Under the pieces are notes generated by a model, which saw nothing but the letters and a program-made list of their open reading frames with translations, ran no database searches and was not told the DNA's origin. Shown piece after piece: positions 33,701 through 42,800 of a DNA stretch of 64,000 nt. The position numbers and the translations under genes were made by a program. The stretch's first letter is position 1. The number at the start of each line of letters is the position of its first letter. The stretch comes from Ostreococcus lucimarinus. Taxonomy: Eukaryota. The stretch lies in NCBI GenBank assembly GCA_000092065.1, contig CP000586.1. One strand, written 5' to 3'.

Positions 33701-35744
33701 GTCTTACCCACTCCAGGACTACCTTCGAGAAGTATAGGCTTACTCAACTGCATCGCACGCATAATTCTCGCCGCGTTCTTTTTCGTGGATGGCGCTGAAA
33801 GTTCAAAGCTACCTCGGCTGATGGCGTGATGACCGCATGATATCTTGAACGGCGCCACACCAAATAAACCATCGGCATCGACTTCAAAACTGGTCATCGC
33901 GCTACCTTCCGGAGAGGCCGCGAACGAGAGCGTCTCGTGCTCCTGCGTTGATTTAAACATGTCAGTAAAATATCGTTTTGAAGAAAACATAAATGATGAC
34001 GATTCAGTGGAGGTGCTCAGGGTTGTGAGAATATTGTCTCTCAGTACCGAAGCTCGGAAACTTACCAGGTACAACGGAGCATCATCGCACCTCCACTGAG
34101 TCGCCATCGTATCGCGGTCGAATGCACGCACCTCTTCTGGAAGTTGTCGCTGTAAGAAACTCAAACACTTGATCTTAATCTGCCTCGCTGCCTCTTCAGG
34201 CATGCCAAGTCCCAACCCGAGCCCATCAAGCAAGGTGAGGTACGCGCCGTGAGCGTACGCTTCTGACGGACTCAACGGAGCTCCACGAGACGGGTCTACC
34301 ATTTCGCGCATGAAGTTTGCCCAGCCAATTAAATCGCGCACCGCAAGCGCGGCGCGAGCTGTGCTACTGCCCGCATTATCGTGATAAAATTCCCAAAACT
34401 CTGCGAGACGCCTGGGAAACGGAGTGAGAGAGACTTGAGACATCCTCTTGGCGACGATGTTTTCCATCTCACTCGCTTTGCCGACGCTTCCGATCCATAC
34501 TTCGGTGAAACGATTTCGAAGTGCGGGCGAAAGCTCCTTCTTGCCGAAATCTCCACCAGGATTCATCGTTCCGAGAATCAAAAAGTTTGGATGCGCGGCG
34601 AGTTCTTCAACCTCGGCGCCACCCTTTTCAGGAAGCGTAATCGAACGACCGGGTTCAAGTACAGAGTTTAAACGCTCGAGTACAGAATCTTCCGCGAGTG
34701 AAAGTTCGTCCACAAGTAGGATATCACCATCACGCATGGCTTTGATCAAAGGGCCGTCTTCCCACGCAAATGGTGCAGCCGTTTTACCTTCATCCATCAT
34801 CTCCTGCCGTTCAGACGTTCTTGTCGGCCTGAAACCACCTATGAAATCGCTCGTCTCGGTGTGCTGATGACAGTTCAGAATGCGAAGATTTTGACCACGC
34901 AAGAGCGCTAGAAGTTGACAAACGGAGGTTTTCCCGCAACCCGTTTCGCCGACGAGCAACGCCGGTTCTTTGTGATTCATACAACCTTCAACCAACGCAA
35001 ACAGACGCCGCATTGCGGGCGTCCACGCGATTGTATCAGCTAACGCAGCGGCATCTGCAGCTTCCACTCCGCCAAGTTTCTTCGCTTGCGACGCAGCGTC
35101 GACCAAACTCTTCTCAAGCACACCTTCCTGCGCGGACGCATAAAGCGTGCTCTCGATTAGAGGTGGCACCTTCAAATACTTTTCGAGAACTTCACGGATT
35201 GAATGCCGTTCGACGTCGCTTCGAAGACGCTCACCGAGTACTCTGAAACCATCCGCGGCGAGCGCTTCGTAGCCGTTGCTTTGGCGATTCGCCCAGCGGA
35301 ACAAATCTCTCGCCGTGATGTAACCATCTTTACCGGCGAAGGCGCGAGACCCTTGACGCCGTCTTTGTAACTCGCGCATGACCTCGACAAGCTTGACGCA
35401 ATACGAAGGTGCGATTTCACATCGAGTGTGCAGAATTGTTTTCAGCTCTTCGTCGGGAATGTCACCTATATGAAGCTCCATGAACCTGTTTCTAAACGCC
35501 TTGCTGAGCACTTTACGACCGCCGTACACCGCCCCGGGTGGATTTTGTGTGGCAAATAGCATAAAGTGCGGATGCGGACGGATGGTCTCCTGCAACTCAG
35601 GTACAAACAGTTCTCTGTTGTCATCTAAAAGTCGGTTAAGCGCTTCAAGCACGTCCGTAGGCGCCAAGTTGAGCTCGTCAAGCACGACCCAGTAGCCTTT
35701 GCGAACAGCTTGCACGAGCGCTCCCTCCTGGAACACGAGTTGAC
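21769..35744 (-). CDS. MDN1: Midasin (MDN1/Rea1), exon 3 of 3. It covers the second half of AAA3, then AAA4-AAA6, the linker, a roughly 700-aa D/E-rich region and the C-terminal VWA/MIDAS domain
   Basis: Begins at the acceptor cactcgcag|GT CAA CTC GTG TTC (G-QLVFQEGALVQAVRKGYWVVLDELNLAP). Walker motifs LLVGETGCGKTS, LLEGSPGVGKTS and LVGSAASGKTT. An acidic tract at about 22.6-24.7 kb. MIDAS motif MLAIDDSRSM. Stop at 21769. Confidence 0.85.
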
Positions 35745-36028
35745 CTGCGAGTGGAAGAAAGTAGCGTCAGAGTCAGTGTCGTTGGCGTCAGCGTCGACAA
35801 AACAAATGCAACCAAACGTGCCCGCTTGTTTCCGCGCGGCGAATTTCGGGACTCAAACCGTTCACGTCCTGGGTGCCAGGTTCTACGCCAGCGTTCGGCG
35901 ACGCAAACACGTAAGATATCCGCGTTGATGTTCGGCCACTTTCCGAGCCCCCGTTCCCACGGAATTAGGGAAGACGGCTAACGAACTAGTGGCCGGAAAA
36001 ACGGGACGAAGAAAGTTTGCGCACGCAC
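35745..36028 (-). other. MDN1: Midasin intron 2 (284 nt), phase 1
   Basis: Donor ACAG|GTGCGT after ...LGTYVTDETG. A cactgactctgac branch region about 30 nt upstream of the acceptor cgcag|. Confidence 0.75.
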
Positions 36029-36356
36029 CTGTCTCGTCGGTAACGTAAGTGCCGAGGTACTCTTGCAAATCCGTATGCTCGTGATTGTTGATGCGCATGA
36101 AGCGATGCCCGGTTCTGTGCGCGAGGTACTCCACGAGCGACGTTTTACCACTCGACGTGGGTCCTTGTAAGAGAATCGGATGCCGACGTAACAACACCGC
36201 GCGAGCCAGATTCGATAAGTGACCGCGAACGGTCTCCGTGACGACGTATTTGCCCTCTTCGGGATTGACACGAGGAAGATCACCCGCCTCCACCCAGAAA
36301 TGTTCCAACAGCACGTGCGTGTCCCCAGCCGGCGGGTTAGGGGGCGTTTTCATAGC
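36029..36356 (-). CDS. MDN1: Midasin exon 2 (AMKTPPNPPAGDTHVLLEHFWVEAGD...ILLQGPTSSGKTSLVEYLAHRTGHRFMRINNHEHTDLQEYLGTYVTDETG). It holds the AAA3 Walker A
   Basis: Acceptor ttcgcag|GCT ATG AAA, with a tactgac branch motif. Collinear with midasin AAA3 (LIQGETSVGKTSL...INNHEHTD.QEY.G.Y). Confidence 0.8.
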
Positions 36357-36584
36357 CTGCGAATGCGAAACGTTAGTGTCAGTATCAGTGCGCGCAAACA
36401 TATGTAAGTGTAGAAAAACGTCTTCCAAAACCTCAGGAGATCAGAGATGGAATAGGTATTGTTTTTCGTGAATGTACCGTCGCTGGCGTGATACGCCCGA
36501 TCTCGCTAAGCCCATAAGCAGTGGGCCTCGAGAGCGTGAGCGACGGAAAAGTCGCGCAATCGATTGAATGTAAAAGTGGCGTAC
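36357..36584 (-). other. MDN1: Midasin intron 1 (228 nt), phase 0
   Basis: Donor AAG|GTACGC after ...HLLRGAALK. Acceptor cattcgcag|. Beyond the donor, the ORF continuation of exon 1 (VRHFYIQS...) has no homology. Confidence 0.75.
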
Positions 36585-39500
36585 CTTTAGAGCGGCTCCA
36601 CGGAGAAGATGCTTGACCATGAGCTTTTCGAGAATGACGCCACTTTCGGTTTTGAGTAGCGTCAGAAAAGACATCGCGAAGCCGTCGAACAAAGCCCTTT
36701 GTAAGCCGTATATCCCAGTCGCTGCGCGCACGTATTCGCACGCGCGCGATAGCGTACGCAATGAGTACTGTGGCTTTTGATCCGCACTGTCCAGCAACGT
36801 CGTGTGAGCCGCTTGTCGGGCAGCGATGTAAAAGTCGACAATGTCGTCAACCTGCACCCCTGGAACGCCGTGCAAGTACGTGTCGACGATCATCGCCAGA
36901 TCATCTCGTCCCTCGGTCTCTCCGGCGTAAATTTCCACAAACCTGTGTTTCAACGCTGTTGGTAGATCTCTCTTACCTACATCGGTCGCGGGGTTCATGG
37001 CGCCGAAGAGGCGGAATCGAGGGTGGCGTGGAATCGGCTCGCCGTCGCCGCGCTCGCTCAGCACAATGCTGCCGGACTCGCTTTCTAAAATCCCTCCGAG
37101 ACGTTCAAGAGTCTCCGCTGGGGCTAAATTTATTTCATCAAGAAGTATCCAATGTCCTTCGCGAAGGGCGGTGATGAGTGCGCCTTCGACGAAAGCGAAA
37201 ACTGGCCCACCATTTTTGCTTGCGTTCGTGGAATGCTCCACGACGCTCAGATCACGCTCAAAGTCTCGCCACGCCGCGACGAGATCGTCCGACAACACGC
37301 TCGTCGTCTTCCGACGTTTATTTGCCTTTTTACCATCATCGGTATTCTCACGAGATTTTGCGTCCTGCGCGGCCTCCGCTGCAAGCTTTGCGACGCGTTC
37401 GACGCCGGCTCTAAATGCATGCAACAAGTGCGTCCACTTTTTCTTTTCTGCGTATCGCGATATGCGCGTGAGAAATTCCGCGTTGGAAGCCGAAGGGAAG
37501 GTTCGGTTGAACGCGTTATGAAACTTCGGAAGCAAAGGAAGGCACAAATGTCGCGCGCTTACCGGTTTGAAACCGCCGAGAAAATCCGCAGACTCGGACT
37601 GATTGCTCAAGTTAACGACGGTGAGCGGCGCGCCCGTGAGACGCGCGAGCTCCTGAACTAGGGCCGTTTTACCAGTCCCAGTCTCGCCCACGAGTAACAC
37701 GGGCTCGGTGAGCTGGACCGCCGCCGCCGTGCGCTCCAACAGGCGAGATGCATGTCCAGTCCTGGACCACTTGGCGCCGCGAGCGTTCGTTTTTCCGACG
37801 GGTAACGCGCACCGCCCAATCGTCACCGATTGGTGGCTCTCTTGAATGGTGGGCTTGTGCAACCGATCCGTCGCGTCTGCGGTGTCTTCCGCCGGAAGCC
37901 CCCACGTCGCAGCGATCATCTTCAACACTCGACGTCGACCTGGACCTGCGGGCAGCATGCCCGCGAGCACATCCGCGGCTTCCTCGTAAGCCGCCGCTCG
38001 AAGTTGCGGCGGCGCCGCCTTGCCCGGCTGCAATAACGCGAGTTCGTGCCTGCGAAGCGCCTGAATGCGTCGCGCCCAACGAATTAAATCTCTCAACGTA
38101 AAGGGACGACCAGCGTGCACGCGCGCTAACGCATGGTTGACGTCATTCGCTTGAGCTTCTAATCCAGACGCCGCGCGATCGAAGCGCGCGTCGTCGCTCG
38201 TCGCCTCCTGAATGGTGACGTCTTGCTCGGAGATCTCCCCAAGACCGGCGGCCTCGCCCGCGGCCGCGCCGCCTTGACCGCACAAACTTTGCACCTGACG
38301 AACTGTCGCCAGCATTGATTGCGCGAGCGGCGCCAAGTTTGGATACAAGCCGCAAAGAATCGCCGTCGCCTCGTCGCCGCGCGGCGGCTCGACGACGACG
38401 CGCGTCCACAGTCCGGAAAGCGGGTCCGCGCTCGCCGATGTCGACCGTCCGGCCTCGGTGGTGATTGAACCAAACAGTTGAAATCCAGGCGCGGCCTGAA
38501 TGCTCTCGCCGCGCCCCGGGACGTAAAGCCTGCGCTTCTCTAAAAGCGGCACCAGCGCGGAGAGCACCTCGAACGGCGCGAGATCGACGTCTTCGATGAG
38601 CACCCAGACCCCTCTCGTCACCGCCTGCGTCAACGCTCCGGGCTGCCACTTGAACTCGCCTGGGGCGGCGCCACACACGTACGCGCCGAGTAATGACTTC
38701 GAATCAGTTTGCGCGTCCAAGTGCAGGGTGACGAAATCGCCGTTGCCTGTCACGCGCGCCACCTCCTCGAGCGCGGCGGATTTTCCGCAACCGGCGGGAC
38801 CTTCGAGCAAGACGGGTCGGTTTCGGCAGAGCGCCAACGCGACGGCGGCGAGATTCCGGCGTGCGCTTTCGGTGTAAATCATCGGCGGCTTTTGTTCGCG
38901 CCCACTCGAACTCGCGTCGTCGGCGCCGCGCCGCCGTAACTCGACGCCGCCGACGCGCACGTATCCTTTCGCGGGCGCGGCGAAGTCGTCGACTCGGGAT
39001 AAATCCGCGGCGCCCAGAAAGTCCTCGTCGTCCGCGCCTGCGGACTCGCCGCTCGCTCGGACGCGCCCCGGATGTAACCAAAACATCGCGCGCGCGTTCG
39101 CAAACTCTAAATTTCGCGCCTCTCTCCGCGCTCCGTACTCGTGAAACGCCTCGTCGTCGCGCGTCGTCGCGCGACGCATCGCGTCCAACCCCTTCGCGCT
39201 CACCCCCAGCGCGAGCGCCACGAGCGCGCACGCGTTATACCTCACCTCATCGCTCTCCGCGCGCAACCACCTCGTCGCGGACGACCAATCGAACCTCTCC
39301 CGCGTCGACGGACACGCGCGCCAAATCGCCTCCAACGCTCGCGTCGCCGCGCTCGTCTCGCTCGCCTCCATCCCTCGCGTCTTCGCGTGCACCGCGCCCA
39401 CGACCCCATCGAACGCCCCCCGCGTCAAAATCTCCTCGCACGCCCTCGCGCAGTGCGGCAGCAGCTCGCACGCGACGCCCAGCGCCACGCACGTCGTCGC

Positions 39501-39779
39501 CGCGTCCCGCTCGCCGCGCGCGCTCGCGTCGCCCGCGTCGCCCGCCGCGGCCAGCATCCGCGCTCGCGCCGCCGACGCCGCCGCCATCGTCGTCCGCGGG
39601 CGCAGCACCGCGTCCAAGACGTCCGCGTCCGTCGCCCTCGACGCGTCGATCGCCCCGCGCGCGTCGTCGCGTCGCGCGTCGTCGTCGTCGCGCCTCTTCT
39701 CGCCGCCGCCGCCGTCGTCGTCGCGCGTCGTCGCGTCGTCCCCGCGTCGCGCGCGCGCGTCGCGACGCCGCGTCGACAT
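36585..39779 (-). CDS. MDN1: Midasin exon 1. It covers the N-terminal region plus AAA1 (LLEGPAGCGKSA) and AAA2 (LLVGETGTGKTALVQ)
   Basis: The upstream-most ATG in the ORF is at 39779. The ORF-track start at 39857 is GTG. An alternative start lies at 39587 (MAAASAARAR...). The N-terminal 90 aa are low-complexity, so the start is uncertain. Confidence 0.7.
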
Positions 39780-40426
39780 CGCGACGCGCGCGCGCCCGCG
39801 AACGATCGCGCGTCCGACGCCGTTCGCCGCGACGCGCTCGCGCGCGCGCGAATGCACGCCTCGGAAGCGCGGTCGTTCGGTCGTTCGCGGTCGAGCGCGC
39901 GCGCGCCCGTAACAAAAACGAAATCATCGGCGTTCGCGTCGGCGGAGAGGCGACCGCGCGGTCGGGACGTCGCGATCCAGCGGGCGCGCGCACTGCGTCG
40001 ATGTCGTTCTATTTTCGCGCGCGGTCGAGCGCGCCGACGCGTCGAGTTCGCCGTCGCGCATGCATTCGTTCGCGCGCGCGCATTCATTCACTCCGTCTGT
40101 TCGTCTCGCGACGACGGACGGCCGCGACGGGGCCATCGGTTGGTTTTCATATATATAGCTCAATTGGAGGTACTATACGTTCTCGGTGTGTATATAAAGA
40201 CGGTACGTCTACCCATGTACCGTATTCGATCGGTTGGTTTTCATATATACAGCGCAATTGGAGGTACTATACGTTCTCGGTGTACATATAAAGACGGTAC
40301 GTCTACCCATGTACCGTATTCGATGGAACGGCGCGCGCCGCGCGCGCGCACGCGCGCGACGACGTCTTCACTCGCGCGCGCGCGGGACGCGCGCGACGCG
40401 CGCGGGACGCGGGCACGCGCGACGCG
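39780..40426. promoter_or_regulatory. Bidirectional promoter region between midasin (minus) and the TGH/GPATCH1-like gene (plus)
   Basis: Head-to-head ATGs at 39779 and 40427. It contains the tandem 94-bp TATA-bearing repeat. Confidence 0.5.
40137..40324. repeat. Tandem duplication, 2 copies of 94 bp, of a lower-GC element. Each copy carries a TATA-like motif (tatataaag / catataaag) and an inverted repeat cggtac-N10-gtaccg
   Basis: Copy 1 at 40137..40230, copy 2 at 40231..40324, about 96% identical. TATA motifs at 40191..40199 and 40285..40293. The second is about 140 bp upstream of the TGH ATG. Confidence 0.85.
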
Positions 40427-42772
40427 ATGGTGCGCACGTCTCGCGCGGCGTCGACCGCGGCGTCGTCGGCGAACGGCGACGTCTCGCACGTGACGCGCGG
40501 GACGGCGGTGACGCGCGACGCGACGGCGCCGCGCCGCGAGACGGCGACGGAGGCGTCCGATACACGACGGGTTCGCGGCGCGCGCGCCGGTGGGTTCGTC
40601 TGGGGGCGCGTCGACGCGGTCGGCACCGCGGCGGGGTTCGAGCCGGGGAGGTTTCGGTCGACGCGCGAGGCGCGCGCGACGACGACGCGAGGCGACGGTG
40701 CGGCGACGGATTACATGGACGAGGACGAGCGCGAAGAATACGAGAGCGTGACGCTGCGGGCGAGGGCGAGGTACGATACGTTCGGGGAGGGCGCGCGGGA
40801 GGCGCACAGGGCGATGGCGTGGGATCGGGGGGGGGCGGGGGGGTCGGCGAGCGAGACGCTGGCGCGGTCGGCGGCGGTGACGGATTTGTTCGTCGCGCCG
40901 CGCGAGGACGCGGTCGGGGCGCGGTTGTTGCGGTGCATGGGGTGGCGACGAGGGCGCGTGGGCGGCGGGACGGGCGGTGGGGTGGCGGTGGACGAGGACG
41001 AGACGCCGGCGTACGTCGCGGATCCGAAGAACGATAGGCGAGGCGTCGGGTACGACGCGTTCGCGGGGGCGGAGGAGTTTCGCGACGCGGCGACGCGGCG
41101 GAAGCGCGAGATGGAGCGGGAGAACGCGGGGTTGACGCGCGGGCGCGCGCGGGGGGAGGCGTTCGGCGTGGGGGTGTTCGAGGAAGAGGACGAGGCGCTG
41201 TACACGGAGGACGAGCCGAAATTGAACGAGTACGCGTTTGAGATGGAGGAGGAGGAGGAGGAAGACGAGTCGACGCGCGATCCGAGGGCGCGCGGGAAGG
41301 GCGCCGTGCTGGCGCTCGGCGCGGCGTTACCGAACGATTGTCTCGTGCGCGGGTTTCGCGTGTCGAGCGACACGCTCGCGCCGCCGAAATGGTTCGCGCC
41401 GCCCGTCGTGCCTCGCGACTTTCGGCCGCGCGCCGCGGCGACTTTGAAGGCGTCGATGAAGGCGAGCGCGATGGCGGCGTCGCAGCCCGAACTTCCACCG
41501 AAAGCGCCGCCGCCGGCGAACGAGGAGCGTAAAAAAGTCATCGACACTCTCGCCGCGTTCGTCGCCAGGCACGGGAAAACTTTCGAGGACATGGCCAAGG
41601 CGCGGCAAGGCGAAGACGACGAAAAGTTTTCCTTTCTCTTCGGCGGTAGAGATTCGGGATATTACAAATGGCGTTTGGCCACGGCGATGATCGAACAAAA
41701 CTCCGAAGCCGTGGCGCCACCCGCACGCCGCGCGCGACCGCTCGGAATGGAGGAGCGCGCGAGAATTCTCGGTGAGACGCCCTTGCCCGCGCGCGCCGGC
41801 GGCGGGGCGACGGACGCGCCGGCGCCGGCGCCGGCGCCGAGGCAAAAGTTGAGCATCGACGGCATCGCTGCCGACGATCGCGAGCGCATACAAAAGCTGT
41901 TGAGCAAAACGTTCACGTCAGGTGGCGTCGTGCAAACCGCCAAGGTTGAGAAAGTTGGTCTGCACGTCCTCGAGAAGAGCGCGCCGAAGCCCGCGCCGAA
42001 CGAGGAGGAAGCGGCGGCGCGCGCGGACATGGTTTCGCGCATGCCCATCGTTTCCGCGCGCAACACCATTGACTGGGCACCTGAACCACTGGTGTGCAAA
42101 CGATTCGGAATTCAAGATCCGTTCGCCAACAGAGCGCGTCCGGATACTCAAGAGTATAAATTCCGCACCGACGTCTTGGCGCTCGACGCGACGAGCGCCG
42201 CCGCGCTCGCGAACGCGCCCAAGTATCTGGACGTGCCCCCACCGCCGTCGGCTGTACAATCGACGACGCGTGCTATTCCGCCGCCACCTCCCCCATCGTC
42301 GACATCAGCGCCGCTCCCACCGCCGCCGCCGCCGCCCCGCGCCGCGACAACGATGGTCGAGGTGCCCCCGCCGCCGCCGTTTGTCGAAAAGCCGATGGGG
42401 CTGTTCAAAGCCATCTTCGAAAACTCAGACGACGACGTGGAAGCTGAAGAGGAAGCGAACGAAACGGAAGCGGACCTGGACGCCATCAAGGCGGCGCTTT
42501 CGACGCGATCGGACCCGGCGCCCGTCGAGGAGAAGGCTCGGCAGACCGAGGGACCTGTGTGGTCGTCGGCAGTCATGACAAACCCCGCGGCGGCGAGCGA
42601 GCGGGATTCCGAGAAGCGCAAGCGCTCGAAAAAGAAGAAAGAGAAAAAGGAGAAGAAGGAGAAAAAGCGTTCGAAAGATAGCCGTAGACGACGCAAAAAA
42701 CATAGAAAGCGTTCGAGACGCAACTACGATTCGTCGTCGTCGTCGTCGTCGAGTTCGTACACTAGCGATTGA
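40427..42772 (+). CDS. G-patch + SURP/SWAP domain protein, GPATCH1 / plant TOUGH (TGH)-like, with a C-terminal KR/S-rich tail
   Basis: ATG at 40427. A DUF1604-like N-terminal segment (GGFxxGxxxxVGxxxGxxP). G-patch LLRCMGWRRGRVGGG...GVGYD. SURP motif VIDTLAAFVARHGKTFEDMAKARQGEDDEKFSFLF. A poly-Pro tract, then a KKKEKKEKKEKK..SSSSSSS tail. Confidence 0.7.
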   Translation: MVRTSRAASTAASSANGDVSHVTRGTAVTRDATAPRRETATEASDTRRVRGARAGGFVWGRVDAVGTAAGFEPGRFRSTREARATTTRGDGAATDYMDEDEREEYESVTLRARARYDTFGEGAREAHRAMAWDRGGAGGSASETLARSAAVTDLFVAPREDAVGARLLRCMGWRRGRVGGGTGGGVAVDEDETPAYVADPKNDRRGVGYDAFAGAEEFRDAATRRKREMERENAGLTRGRARGEAFGVGVFEEEDEALYTEDEPKLNEYAFEMEEEEEEDESTRDPRARGKGAVLALGAALPNDCLVRGFRVSSDTLAPPKWFAPPVVPRDFRPRAAATLKASMKASAMAASQPELPPKAPPPANEERKKVIDTLAAFVARHGKTFEDMAKARQGEDDEKFSFLFGGRDSGYYKWRLATAMIEQNSEAVAPPARRARPLGMEERARILGETPLPARAGGGATDAPAPAPAPRQKLSIDGIAADDRERIQKLLSKTFTSGGVVQTAKVEKVGLHVLEKSAPKPAPNEEEAAARADMVSRMPIVSARNTIDWAPEPLVCKRFGIQDPFANRARPDTQEYKFRTDVLALDATSAAALANAPKYLDVPPPPSAVQSTTRAIPPPPPPSSTSAPLPPPPPPPRAATTMVEVPPPPPFVEKPMGLFKAIFENSDDDVEAEEEANETEADLDAIKAALSTRSDPAPVEEKARQTEGPVWSSAVMTNPAAASERDSEKRKRSKKKKEKKEKKEKKRSKDSRRRRKKHRKRSRRNYDSSSSSSSSSYTSD

Positions 42773-42800
42773 TTTGAACAAGAATGTTCTAGATTCTAGC

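Noticed and set aside
35883-36428. 181-aa minus ORF treated as an independent gene. Likewise the C-terminal 50 aa of ORF 36441..39857 (VRHFYIQSIARLFRR...)
   Set aside because: Only the segment 36029..36356 is coding, and it is midasin exon 2. The remainder is intron translated in frame. There is no homology beyond the GTACGC donor and before the CAG acceptor.
35745-36584. Possible intronic snoRNA in the two unusually long midasin introns of 284 and 228 nt
   Set aside because: No convincing C/D boxes (RUGAUGA...CUGA with terminal stems) and no H/ACA hairpin-hinge-ACA arrangement found by eye. The length alone is not evidence.
38861-41498. ORFs 38861..40291(+,476 aa), 39141..40493(+,450 aa), 39247..39993(-), 40241..40807(-), 40368..41498(-,376 aa) and 40711..41598(-)
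   Set aside because: Arg/Pro/Ala-rich shadows of midasin exon 1, the promoter region and the TGH-like gene. Several would run straight through the tandem TATA-bearing repeat.
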